In this document: positions 6,916 through 16,083 of the stretch, one piece after another
Layout: every line of letters begins with the position of its first letter
How positions within the stretch are numbered: the first letter of the stretch is position 1
IMG/VR virus record: IMGVR_UViG_3300005758_000073
Coordinates: 1-25,779 of that record
DNA from: a virus
Lineage: Duplodnaviria > Caudoviricetes
DNA: 25,779 nt
Direction: 5' to 3' (one strand)
Position numbers and translations under genes: made by a program
Notes under the pieces: model-generated
The model's database searches: none
What the model was told of the DNA's origin: nothing
The model's input: only the letters and a program-made list of their open reading frames with translations

Positions 6916-8466
6916 TTATAAGAAGCCGATTGGCATAGGTCTTAAAATTTCGTCTGTTCCTGCATTTACTAGCCTATCGTATGTTTTTGAGTCCCAACTC
7001 ATAACAACTTCTACCATACGTAATACTAATATAGTTGCCATAACTAGATCGTCAGTTTCTCCATCTTTGGCTGCAAAACTTGCCCCACGTGCAATAAAGT
7101 TCTTAAGTTCACGCAATAAGTTATGGCTGTAAATTGTCATCTTATCGCTTTCAACATAATTCTTTAAACGCATACAAGCTGTAATCTTAGTTTTGTGTCC
7201 AGTGTTAAATCCCCTACGGCCTCGGCTTTGTCCAGCACGGCGAATTTCTTGTACAAATGTACCCGGAATGTGTTCTTCTCCGTATTCGCGAATACTAATA
7301 AGAGCGGCTTCACCAATTGTATTGTTTTCTACTGACCAGTATAATTCTGCTGTATCATCTGTTTCATCTTTTAGCCATTTTAAAATAGCTACAAGAGTTC
7401 TAAGCTGTCCTTGCACATCTGTTTTATTGTGTTGCCATTCTGCTATTTGTTCTAGCTCGGGTAATTTAAACACCTGGATAGCTGCCGGGTCTCCGCCTGT
7501 ACCTAAACTTGGGTCCCAACCAATTACGTAACCAGCATGACGTTCTGGATATTTGAATACGCGAACTTGACCAATTTTGCCTGATGGATCTCTGCTTTCC
7601 ATTGTAACTAGCTTCATCGAGTTAATGAGCGTTTCGTCTGCAATAATAAATTCGCATTCGTGTTCACGCAGGAATCGTTCTTCGCCAATTTTAATACGCT
7701 CAGTTGTTGCCCAAGCCTCATCACGATCTGGGTGAGCACTCCAAATAAACTTGATGCTTGCAAAGCCGTTGCGACCTAATCTAGTAGTGTTGCCATACTC
7801 ATCAACATTCTTTGTAGCTTCTTTCCAGATTTGAGCAAACTGGTCATCATCTTGGTTAGGCGTAGAAGTGATAATACACTTACCACCTGTTGATAGTGTA
7901 GGAGAGATAGAAGTCCAAAACTCACTAGCGATACGCGGTTTAACGAACGCAAACTCGTCTAGATAGATTAATGATAGTGACATACCACGAGCAGTTGTTT
8001 CTGTTGTGGTAGTTGATATAATGCGTGAGCCATTATCAAAGTCAATGCTACCTTTGTTGTAACTTGTAGCACCAGCTTTTAAAAAGTGTGGCAATGTTTC
8101 ATACGTGTAGCGCACACGTTGCATAATTTCTTGTGCGCCGGCAAACTTGTGTGCGGCAATAAGAATAGTTTGATCTGGCATGAACATTGCACGCCACACA
8201 AGGTAAGCTGCCGCACATGCAGTCTTGCCCATCTGGCGACCAAGCATGTTGATACTATAACGATTTTCGTGATAGCAGTGAATTAATTCTTTTTGATAGT
8301 CAAATAATTTAAACTTGACTTTACCTTTAACAGGATGTTGTACCCAGCAGTGGTTGTCTATGAAGTAAACAGGATCTTGAGCGCATAAGGCAAGCTCACG
8401 GACTTGATCGTCCGTGAACTTTTCTACTTGAAAGGGTGTCTTTACAAAAGTATTTTCGAGAGCCAT
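6916..8466 (-). CDS. gp17: Terminase large subunit (T4 gp17-like)
   Basis: 'LFDYQKE' Q-motif, Walker A 'GRQMGKT', Walker B 'IYLDEFAF', coupling motif 'ITSTPN', nuclease motifs 'GWDPSLGTGGD' and 'DDLVMA'; AGGAGG RBS. Confidence 0.97.
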   Translation of the reverse strand: MALENTFVKTPFQVEKFTDDQVRELALCAQDPVYFIDNHCWVQHPVKGKVKFKLFDYQKELIHCYHENRYSINMLGRQMGKTACAAAYLVWRAMFMPDQTILIAAHKFAGAQEIMQRVRYTYETLPHFLKAGATSYNKGSIDFDNGSRIISTTTTETTARGMSLSLIYLDEFAFVKPRIASEFWTSISPTLSTGGKCIITSTPNQDDDQFAQIWKEATKNVDEYGNTTRLGRNGFASIKFIWSAHPDRDEAWATTERIKIGEERFLREHECEFIIADETLINSMKLVTMESRDPSGKIGQVRVFKYPERHAGYVIGWDPSLGTGGDPAAIQVFKLPELEQIAEWQHNKTDVQGQLRTLVAILKWLKDETDDTAELYWSVENNTIGEAALISIREYGEEHIPGTFVQEIRRAGQSRGRRGFNTGHKTKITACMRLKNYVESDKMTIYSHNLLRELKNFIARGASFAAKDGETDDLVMATILVLRMVEVVMSWDSKTYDRLVNAGTDEILRPMPIGFL

Positions 8467-8479
8467 TAAGGCCTCCTAA

Positions 8480-9535
8480 TTACTTCTTGCGGCTGATATT
8501 TTCAGCAACAAACTTTCTGTACTCGCCCATTGCGGCTTGGAACGCTTCTTCAACGTTGTCGATATCAGCTGTGTGCATACCCATTGGGTTTTCACCTTGG
8601 TTGTTTGCACGGTTCTGACCGTAGTCGCGGTGGCCGGCGCCTTTGCCTAGCTTGTTAATTAATGTATACTCTTGTGGTTCTGGCATACTTGTGCCGTCAG
8701 GAGCGTTCATTAAACGACCTTCTTCAAGACCAGCTAGTGCTACAATGCGAGCAGCCTCTGCTTCTCCGTCGCCTTCGAATACACCTTGACCGAACATAGA
8801 ATCAGTTGCAGGAGCCTCTTCCTTAACTTCTTCCTCTTTGTCATCAATGGCTTTTGTCATTGGCTCGTCTTTGTTACCATCTTTGTCAACGTCTAGGAAG
8901 TCAGGCTTTTTACCTTCGCCTAAACCAGCAAGGTGACGTAATCGAGCAATTTCAGTTGACTCTTCAACTTCTTTGTCCATTTGTTTCTTGCGATCTTCTT
9001 CTTCGTCGTCTGTTTCTGTACCACCATAAACACCGGAACCTGCTTGATGCTTTAAGCCTGTTGGTGTTTGTGTTACTGTACCACCTTTATGTGTAGTTGT
9101 TGTATCACCAACTGCTTCTTTAGGTTCTTCTTCGCCTTCTTCGCCAGGTTCTTCCATTTCACCTTCTTCGCTCGGTCCTTCTTCGCCGCCAAACTCTACT
9201 TCAGCAGGAACGCTTGGTTCGCCTTCGCTACCGGCGCCAACATAAGCTACTTCAGCTTCGTGGTCGGCTATATCGTGGTCACCGTCGCCATCAACATCGC
9301 CTGGTACGCCTGTTTCGCCACCGCCAATGTTAATACCTGCTAAACGTAAAATGCTACCGATCTCTTCGGCACTATCTGTCGTAACACTGATATTTTTTCC
9401 TGGCATAGAAATTGTTACTGACATTTGTTCGCCATTACCTTGTGTCATGCCTTGACCTCCCATGTCATCCCAACATTCTTCAATGCCTTCTTTGGCTACG
9501 CGAATGCCTTCGTTTAATTTTTTAGTTGTTTTCAT
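8480..9535 (-). CDS. Highly acidic low-complexity protein, candidate prohead core/scaffold or internal head protein
   Basis: E/D/G-rich; three RxxxLAG(L/I)-type repeats; two DxDxDG loops; many (L/V/I)-x-E sites. Confidence 0.6.
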   Translation of the reverse strand: MKTTKKLNEGIRVAKEGIEECWDDMGGQGMTQGNGEQMSVTISMPGKNISVTTDSAEEIGSILRLAGINIGGGETGVPGDVDGDGDHDIADHEAEVAYVGAGSEGEPSVPAEVEFGGEEGPSEEGEMEEPGEEGEEEPKEAVGDTTTTHKGGTVTQTPTGLKHQAGSGVYGGTETDDEEEDRKKQMDKEVEESTEIARLRHLAGLGEGKKPDFLDVDKDGNKDEPMTKAIDDKEEEVKEEAPATDSMFGQGVFEGDGEAEAARIVALAGLEEGRLMNAPDGTSMPEPQEYTLINKLGKGAGHRDYGQNRANNQGENPMGMHTADIDNVEEAFQAAMGEYRKFVAENISRKK

Positions 9536-10155
9536 CGCTTCATTCCTTTTGCTGTTGGCATTGGATTTTTAATTGTGTTCAATGGACTTTTCTTTCCATC
9601 TGCAGGACCTTCCCAAGTTGGATCACTCATTGGAGCGTCTGACTTCTTTTCAGCCTTAACAATTCCAGCCTTTGCTTCGGCGCGATTCTTATCAAGCTCT
9701 TTTAACAAATTCTGGTTATAAGTGTCTCCGGCGGCATCTTCAGCCTTAACAGGATTAGCTTCAGCATCGCTGTAATCTGTTCCTAGTTTAGCTTCGTGAT
9801 TTGGCTCGCTGTCGTCTTCGATTTGCTTTTCAATTGGCTCATCTCGACCAAACACTCTAATCAATCCATCTTTAACAAACATTAAAGTACGGAGCTCATT
9901 TTCTAACACAGGCGCACTTACAGGTAAGCGTGTTACTGCATCAACGATTACAATTTCATGTCCACCTAATTGTGGGAAATCCATTGGTTGTGCTTGTAGC
10001 ATTAGCTTTTCTGGGCGGCCTACTTCAAGCGCATCATATTTTTTCATATGGCGCTCTAATACTTCCAGTTGCCTTTCAGTAGGGGCAAAGGCCATCTTAA
10101 TGCGATAGCGATGCTCTTTCTGTAACTGATTAATATACTCTAATAGTGTGGGCAT
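9532..10155 (-). CDS. Hypothetical late protein (head module)
   Basis: 207 aa; ATAAATA at 10182-10176 and GAGGA RBS; stop overlaps the next start (ATGA). Confidence 0.7.
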   Translation of the reverse strand: MPTLLEYINQLQKEHRYRIKMAFAPTERQLEVLERHMKKYDALEVGRPEKLMLQAQPMDFPQLGGHEIVIVDAVTRLPVSAPVLENELRTLMFVKDGLIRVFGRDEPIEKQIEDDSEPNHEAKLGTDYSDAEANPVKAEDAAGDTYNQNLLKELDKNRAEAKAGIVKAEKKSDAPMSDPTWEGPADGKKSPLNTIKNPMPTAKGMKR

Positions 10156-10174
10156 AATTAAATCCTCTCATGAC

Positions 10175-10681
10175 TTATTTATTCTGACCCACGCGGTTTA
10201 GGATAGCTTTAACAATATCGTTGCGGTTTCCAACCAAGCCTTGGTCGCTAGCATCAAGTACATTAGGATCTTCTTTACCCTTATCTGCGTCCATTCTTGC
10301 TTTGCGTAGTTGTAGTTCAACCATCTTTAGCTTTTTATCAATCTTGGCTGTTTTTGCATCAACTGCTGTTTTTAGTAGCTGTGCCGCAACTTCAAAGATT
10401 TTACCTGCATTTCTATCGTCAACATTAAAGCCTAAATCCATCAAACGCTCGCTTTGTTCCTGTGCAGTATTAGCTAATTTGTCTAGCTCGCGCTCTGCCG
10501 TTGCCATATCAGTAACAGTAGGTAGCGCAATATCAACACGATTTGCCATGTCAATGGTAGCATGGGCAACATCTAGCTCTTCCTGTATTTCTTCAGGAAC
10601 TTGAGTGTCTTGTGCGTCTAAAGTAGTGCTAGCCTCCTCAATCGGCGGAAAGCCAAACACTTCTTCTAATTTTTTAGTCAT
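10175..10681 (-). CDS. Probable terminase small subunit (gp16-like)
   Basis: 168 aa helical protein; 'AGKIFEVAAQLLKTAVD' and 'LVGNRNDIVK' resemble the gp16 'PRAYEV..QL.K' and 'FVGST.EL' segments; near the terminase large gene. Confidence 0.6.
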   Translation of the reverse strand: MTKKLEEVFGFPPIEEASTTLDAQDTQVPEEIQEELDVAHATIDMANRVDIALPTVTDMATAERELDKLANTAQEQSERLMDLGFNVDDRNAGKIFEVAAQLLKTAVDAKTAKIDKKLKMVELQLRKARMDADKGKEDPNVLDASDQGLVGNRNDIVKAILNRVGQNK

Positions 10682-10694
10682 ACTGTACTTATGA

Positions 10695-11144
10695 TTATTT
10701 GCGGCGTTTCTTAGTCGGATTGGTGTTATTATAGATATCTTCTTCAGTTAATACACGAAATGTAGCACCCATTTGCTTACACCAAGCACGAGCTGCCGCC
10801 CACTTGACCATGTTTAGTGCTACTGCGGCTTTTTCTTGCTGACTACGTGCTAGTTCCATTACAGCCTGTCCCTTTGGCTTGATTTCTACTAGTTCAGCTT
10901 TTCTAACACCATCTTTTTGGTATACCACAAAGAAGTCTGGAACGTAAAATGTATCCCTGCCTGTAAAGGGATTACGATAAGGTATGCGAACGTTTTCGCT
11001 TGCCCAACTTACAACATTAGGGTGATTATCACAAAAACGCATAAATGTTAATTCCCAGCCACTGCGGTACTTAGGTGTACCTTTGCCAACATACTTTTCC
11101 GGGTGCAGAATTGTATATAAACCCTGTGCGTAATTTTTAGCCAT
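10695..11144 (-). CDS. gp4: Head completion nuclease (T4 gp4-like, PD-(D/E)xK fold)
   Basis: 'PEKYVG', 'YRSGWE', 'WASE..IPY', 'YVPDF', 'VEIKP', 'KWAAARAWC'. Confidence 0.88.
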   Translation of the reverse strand: MAKNYAQGLYTILHPEKYVGKGTPKYRSGWELTFMRFCDNHPNVVSWASENVRIPYRNPFTGRDTFYVPDFFVVYQKDGVRKAELVEIKPKGQAVMELARSQQEKAAVALNMVKWAAARAWCKQMGATFRVLTEEDIYNNTNPTKKRRK

Positions 11145-11434
11145 TACATTTCCCTTAAGGCTAGTGGCAATGTTTTCTTAGGTGCGTTTTTATAATATTT
11201 TATAGTGTCAGGTAAGTTTTCATTTAGTCTATCTAATATATCTTGCTCAACGTCTAACATTCCCGTTGAGGTGGCATCTTCAATTAGTTTTCTAAAATCT
11301 TTACCTAAATCTTGACTAGCCTTCCAAAAGGCTAGAACAATATTTTCTGCTGGTGTACGTGCAAGCCCCACAGACAAAATGCGCTGTACTGCTTTATCAA
11401 AATCAACTTGTGGTATTACTTTATATGTTGTCAT
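11144..11434 (-). CDS. Hypothetical protein (96 aa)
   Basis: Translationally coupled on both sides (TAATG overlaps). Confidence 0.75.
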   Translation of the reverse strand: MTTYKVIPQVDFDKAVQRILSVGLARTPAENIVLAFWKASQDLGKDFRKLIEDATSTGMLDVEQDILDRLNENLPDTIKYYKNAPKKTLPLALREM

Positions 11435-12930
11435 TAGAAGTTCGACTTTTCATTTGGATCATAGCCAGGAGCACCTTTGATACCAGTTACTTTACCTGTT
11501 TTAAAGTATTCTGCTTCTTGCGCTTTTGTTAGCTTACCTGCTTGATACGCTTTCTGTGCGGCATTTTGATCGTTAACACTTTGTGCCGCTCGTATGTTGT
11601 TTTCACGTTCTGTTTGTCTGCTTACAATATTATCGCCTTTTTTATCGTTAATATTAGCATTGGCATTTGTGTTACCAACTCTTGCTGGTGCAACATAGGG
11701 CTCTGTATTATTCGTTACACCTTTATCAATGATTACACCATTGTCTACAACTCTTGATTGACTCTTATATTGAGGCGCTGTTTGTAATGCAATTAATCTA
11801 GCTCGTTGTTCTGCACTTTGCTGTGACTGTGCAGAATCAGTTCTTGGAGGATACTTTTTAAGTGCATCAATATACGCTTTCTTATATTCAGGGTTCAGTC
11901 CAGCATCCTGGTTAATTGATTTTTCTTGGCTAGCAATAAAGTCGGCTGTCTTTTGGCTAACAGGTGGTCTAGCAGGAGATACGGTTTTATCTGTGCCAGT
12001 ATTGCTATTATATCCCCCTGTTGTTGTTACCGGCTTAACTGTTCCTTCAGTGTTGTTTGTTAAATTACCGTTAGGAGTTTTCTTGCCTAGGAAAGGAACC
12101 CAACTTGGCCACGACACTTCTTTCTTGGGTGCAGTACCAGCAACGCTCATAATAGCGGCGCCATCAGTTGTGCCCATTGGATCTGTATACATTGGAGCAC
12201 TGGATGGTGCTTCACTTGCCCTAACGGCATCTTTTTTAGGCGGGTTAGTGATTGGTGTAAAACTACTGCTTTGTGTTTTCTTGCCTTCGGCTGGCTTTAC
12301 TGGTTCCGGTGGCTTTGGCAATGGCTTAATGTGTGCCCCAACTGTTGGTGTAGGTCCTTGATAACCAGGAGCTTCTAAATCTTCGTAACGAATAGTTAAT
12401 GACCATAGTACAGGATCGCTAGTAGAGTAATCTAGTGTATCGTGTTGAGCATCAACAATATATGCGTTCTTTAATCTGTATATCTTATCTGGTGCTCCTG
12501 GAGCACTAAGATTTTTCATTTTAATCTCAATCTCTAGCGGCTTAAATTTTGCAGCCTTACTTCCATCGGTAGAATCAAACTGTTCTTGTACCCATTCCCA
12601 AATCATTTTATCACCAGCATCGTTAGTCTGGTCGTATAAAGTCATTGTGATAGGTTCGTATGTTAGTTTGGTTTGTACTAGTGTTTTGTGATTATAAACG
12701 TTAACGACTTGTGTATCTGCTGTCCAGCGAGGTAGCTCACAAGTTTTAGCAATAAATGTTGGAGTAGTTTCAAGTCCGTACTCGCCACCTGTAGTTGTGA
12801 ACTTTACTTCAAAAGCAAACTTAAGATAAGGGAACCCATCACCAAATGGTGTATTTTCTGGGTGTACTTCTACCCCGTTTAATATTTTTTGTGTCCCAAT
12901 ATTTGGGTCTAATACTTTTAGTAAGTTCAT
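11434..12930 (-). CDS. Tail-tube-fold protein (gp19/gp54-like tube initiator) with long low-complexity C-terminal extension
   Basis: N-terminal ~185 aa parallels the adjacent tube protein ('CELPRW...VNVYNHK...YEPITMTLYD...LDYSTSDPVLWSLTIRYE'), followed by a ~310 aa P/T/S/K/Q-rich tail. Confidence 0.75.
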   Translation of the reverse strand: MNLLKVLDPNIGTQKILNGVEVHPENTPFGDGFPYLKFAFEVKFTTTGGEYGLETTPTFIAKTCELPRWTADTQVVNVYNHKTLVQTKLTYEPITMTLYDQTNDAGDKMIWEWVQEQFDSTDGSKAAKFKPLEIEIKMKNLSAPGAPDKIYRLKNAYIVDAQHDTLDYSTSDPVLWSLTIRYEDLEAPGYQGPTPTVGAHIKPLPKPPEPVKPAEGKKTQSSSFTPITNPPKKDAVRASEAPSSAPMYTDPMGTTDGAAIMSVAGTAPKKEVSWPSWVPFLGKKTPNGNLTNNTEGTVKPVTTTGGYNSNTGTDKTVSPARPPVSQKTADFIASQEKSINQDAGLNPEYKKAYIDALKKYPPRTDSAQSQQSAEQRARLIALQTAPQYKSQSRVVDNGVIIDKGVTNNTEPYVAPARVGNTNANANINDKKGDNIVSRQTERENNIRAAQSVNDQNAAQKAYQAGKLTKAQEAEYFKTGKVTGIKGAPGYDPNEKSNF

Positions 12931-12937
12931 ATCAATG

Positions 12938-13025
12938 ATAAAGGGCGATTTCTCGCCCTTTATGTCTTTCTCCTGGTAAGGGCAAGCATTTCTGCTTACT
13001 CTTACTTATCACTTTATTAAAGTGA
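12938..13025 (-). other. Structured intergenic element: three hairpins, two with GAAA tetraloops, plus an ATAAGTA late motif
   Basis: Stems 12938-12963 (11 bp), 12976-13005 (13 bp with one mismatch and one G-U) and 13009-13025 (7 bp); AGGAG between the two GAAA hairpins. Confidence 0.65.
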
Positions 13026-13032
13026 GCTTTTA

Positions 13033-13602
13033 TTAACCACCTGTAGTTAAGTCGCCGCCGCCTTGCTGACCGTCTAAAATCGATTCGTGATAAGCATTAT
13101 CATACTTAATTGCGATTGTGATGTTTAGTGGGTCGCTTGTAGAATAGTTGTTTTCACCGTAGTTTACGTTTTGGATGTAGCAACCACCTAATGTCCATGT
13201 GTCTAGCACTTCTTCGCTACCATCTAAGTTTTCAATTAACATTTCAAACTTATAACCGCTACCAGATCTTGAAGAAAATTGGTTAGCGTGGTCAACTTGC
13301 TTTTGAACTTGGGAACCAATAGCGCGAACTACTTCGTTGGTTACATCGTCCTTAACGGTCAATGTAATCGGGTCCCAACTGTGTTTACCAGCCAAATTGA
13401 TACGTGAGTTGTAAACATCTACAACAACGTCATCGTGTGTTAGACTTGGACGACCAACACTGACTACCTGGCTTGTTAGCTGTAATGTGTCACCTGTACC
13501 AAAACCGGTTAATGTGACACGAAAGCGATAACTTAGCTTAGGTTGTACCAGAGGGCCAGTAGCCCCACCTGGTACGTTAAATTTACTTAAATCGACTGCC
13601 AT
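13033..13602 (-). CDS. gp19: Tail tube protein (T4 gp19-like)
   Basis: 'PKLSYRFRV', 'YNSRINLAGKHSWDPITLTVKDD', 'IKYDNA'; directly after the sheath gene; AAGGAG RBS and CTAAATA at 13628-13622. Confidence 0.9.
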   Translation of the reverse strand: MAVDLSKFNVPGGATGPLVQPKLSYRFRVTLTGFGTGDTLQLTSQVVSVGRPSLTHDDVVVDVYNSRINLAGKHSWDPITLTVKDDVTNEVVRAIGSQVQKQVDHANQFSSRSGSGYKFEMLIENLDGSEEVLDTWTLGGCYIQNVNYGENNYSTSDPLNITIAIKYDNAYHESILDGQQGGGDLTTGG

Positions 13603-13620
13603 TTTCAGTTCTCCTTGTCG

Positions 13621-16002
13621 TTATTTAGTGTTATTGGCAATCGCGCCTGTATTTACAACTCGAACTGGGATGTAGATGAATTCAATTGCCTTAACTGGCT
13701 CAATTGCAATATCAATGTACAATTCGTTTCTGTCGATTCTTGCTGGTGTGTTGTTTGTTTCATCACAAACTACCAAGAAGTCATATACGGCACGTTTAGA
13801 AACCATATCTGTTAAGAATCCATTGAACAACTTGATAACGCGATCACGTGTGAATTTGTCGTTTGGTTCAAAGATGAACGGACGAGCAATAATATCAAAC
13901 TGCTTACGTAGATATACTAGCAAGCGAGCAACGTTAATGCGATCTAGTGCTGAATCAAATGGATACAATGTCTTCTGCCCCCATGCAAACAAACCTTGGC
14001 CTGGGAAGTTAACCAATGGGTTAATCTTATCTTGATACAATGTATCACGTTGACCTTGGTTTAAAGCAACTGGTAAGAACTCGTTTTCAGCATTAACAAC
14101 ACCTAGGTTGCTAATACCACTTAATGCACCACGTGTTAAACCAGCTGGAGCAAACCATGGATAAGCTACTTGATCGTTGTATGCATAGCCACGTAATACT
14201 GCGTGACTTGCTGGAACTGCAACATCGTTACCTTCCAAGTCTGTTGATAAACCACTTGGGTAGTAAATTGCGGCATTGCCACTGCGTGTTGTTAGGCCAT
14301 CGGCGCCGTTTGTACCAGCTTCTGTACCTAGTGCCCATGTATGAACGGCACTCATTCTGTTAGACAACTTCATTGGTGTATCGCCGATTACAAAAACTGT
14401 TTCCTTACGGTCGTAGCTTAAAGTAATCATTTCATCAATACACTCAACGTAGCCTGGAGTAGCAACTAAGTTAAAGTCTAATGTTTCTGCACGTAGATCG
14501 TCGTTGTCTGTTAAAGCGGCTTGTAGGCGCTTAACAACTACACGGCGTTGTGCCTTTTCAAACATGTATGGGGCACCTGCTTTAGGGCCGCTGTCAACGT
14601 TGCCAGATTCTGTTTGCCAGAAACCTTCTGTTGCGTTCCAACGCTTAACGTTACCAGAACTTACTGCGCTGTTCCATAGTAACATACCATCTGGATAGTA
14701 AGCTGGATTTGGAACTTGATCGTCCATGTGTGTTGCACCACCTTCAACGCCAGAAGTATCACCTGCTGTTGCTGTTAAGTCAACAAACAATGCACCATTT
14801 TCTGTTGTCTGGTCAGCGTTATCTCGTTGTACCCAGTTCGAACCATTGAAGAACTTGATAACTGGATAGTTAGCCATGTCGTTTGTATCAACCCATACAT
14901 CACCATTACTTGGGTTGTTTGGCTCTGTTGTATTAACATGAACGCTTTCAACCGCTGTCCAGATTGGTGTATCATTGACAGTAGCCTTGACATAGATGTC
15001 AACGTTTGTACCTGCGTCATACCATAAACGACCGTCTACGATAGGACCTGTTGGAGCGGCATCGCTTGCGCTTGGGTCTAAAGTTGTCCAACTTGCGCCA
15101 TCAAAACGCTTAACTGTGAAACGTGCGGCTGTTGGTTCGTCAAATTGAACATATAAGCTGTTTGTAACTAGTGCTGTACCAAATGCGGCAGTAGCAGTAG
15201 CATTATCCTCATAGCCAACAAGCATGTCAGCCTTACCTGGTCCAATTGCTTGCTTTGTCCAGCTTTCTGTAGTAGCGTTAAACTTCTTAACTAATAGGTT
15301 TAAACCACCATTTGGACTTGTTGTTTTTAACCAAACGTTTCCGGCTACTGCTGGGCTTGGAACTTGATAGTGAGGTGCTAGTGTAACTGTTTTAGCTAAG
15401 TTAGCAGAAGTAACTGGCAACCATGCACCTGCTACTTTTTTGTAATATGTCTTTGTAGAACTTGATGCATCTAGTGCATAATCACCGTTGCTGCCAAGGC
15501 CTGCGCTTGGTGTACCGTCGGTAACTGTAACAGTTTTTAGAACCCAAGCAGAACCATTAGCTTCAAATAGACCAAATTGGCTATCGTTTGTATCTAACCA
15601 GTATTGGTTGTTAGCAGGTGGGCCAACTGGGGCTTCTGCTTGTGGCTCTAGCTCTTCCATGTTTAGGTCAGCACGTACTAGAATAGCACGATTTGCAATA
15701 CCTAAATATGAATAGGCTGCTAATAAGCCGTATTCGTTTAGTTCGTGACCGTGTACAGGTGTACCGTCAACGATAGTGAACTTAGGTTCACCGTATAGTT
15801 GTACCAACTCGCGTTGGCTAGTAACAATTAGGGGTTTTTTAGCAAAAGGTGCTGTAGTGTATTGAGCAGATGAACCATCAGGTGCTGTCTTGCCTGATCG
15901 TGTTGCTAAAACAATAACTGGTACGGTACCGTTGCCTGCAGATGCGTATGCGCTTTCATCAATAACTGATACGCTTACGCCTGGGGAAACTAACTGAGCC
16001 AT
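13621..16002 (-). CDS. gp18: Contractile tail sheath protein (T4 gp18-like)
   Basis: N-terminal 'LVSPGVSVSVIDES'; C-terminal 'WFAPAGLTRG', 'RDTLYQDKINP', 'WGQKT', 'RINVARL', 'FEPND', 'IEFIYI'. Start at ATG 16002 with GGAG at 16014-16011. Confidence 0.96.
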   Translation of the reverse strand: MAQLVSPGVSVSVIDESAYASAGNGTVPVIVLATRSGKTAPDGSSAQYTTAPFAKKPLIVTSQRELVQLYGEPKFTIVDGTPVHGHELNEYGLLAAYSYLGIANRAILVRADLNMEELEPQAEAPVGPPANNQYWLDTNDSQFGLFEANGSAWVLKTVTVTDGTPSAGLGSNGDYALDASSSTKTYYKKVAGAWLPVTSANLAKTVTLAPHYQVPSPAVAGNVWLKTTSPNGGLNLLVKKFNATTESWTKQAIGPGKADMLVGYEDNATATAAFGTALVTNSLYVQFDEPTAARFTVKRFDGASWTTLDPSASDAAPTGPIVDGRLWYDAGTNVDIYVKATVNDTPIWTAVESVHVNTTEPNNPSNGDVWVDTNDMANYPVIKFFNGSNWVQRDNADQTTENGALFVDLTATAGDTSGVEGGATHMDDQVPNPAYYPDGMLLWNSAVSSGNVKRWNATEGFWQTESGNVDSGPKAGAPYMFEKAQRRVVVKRLQAALTDNDDLRAETLDFNLVATPGYVECIDEMITLSYDRKETVFVIGDTPMKLSNRMSAVHTWALGTEAGTNGADGLTTRSGNAAIYYPSGLSTDLEGNDVAVPASHAVLRGYAYNDQVAYPWFAPAGLTRGALSGISNLGVVNAENEFLPVALNQGQRDTLYQDKINPLVNFPGQGLFAWGQKTLYPFDSALDRINVARLLVYLRKQFDIIARPFIFEPNDKFTRDRVIKLFNGFLTDMVSKRAVYDFLVVCDETNNTPARIDRNELYIDIAIEPVKAIEFIYIPVRVVNTGAIANNTK

Positions 16003-16047
16003 TATAATATCTCCATTCATTAAGGGAATTCATGCCCTCTTCAGAGA

Positions 16048-16083
16048 TATTTAGCTCATACGAGCGTTTCTGGACCTATTTAG
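16048..16083 (-). promoter_or_regulatory. Tandem late-promoter motifs (GCTAAATA x2) upstream of the sheath gene
   Basis: CTAAATA at 16083-16077 and 16054-16048; resembles the T4 gp55 TATAAATA box. Confidence 0.65.

Noticed and set aside
6916-8466. Intein or intron in terminase (also checked uvsX)
   Set aside because: Both ORFs are continuous and of normal length, with no splice motifs or homing endonuclease
10695-11144. TnsA-like nuclease as evidence of a Tn7-like or other mobile element
   Set aside because: Motifs and context match the T4 gp4 head completion protein; no transposase partners or terminal repeats
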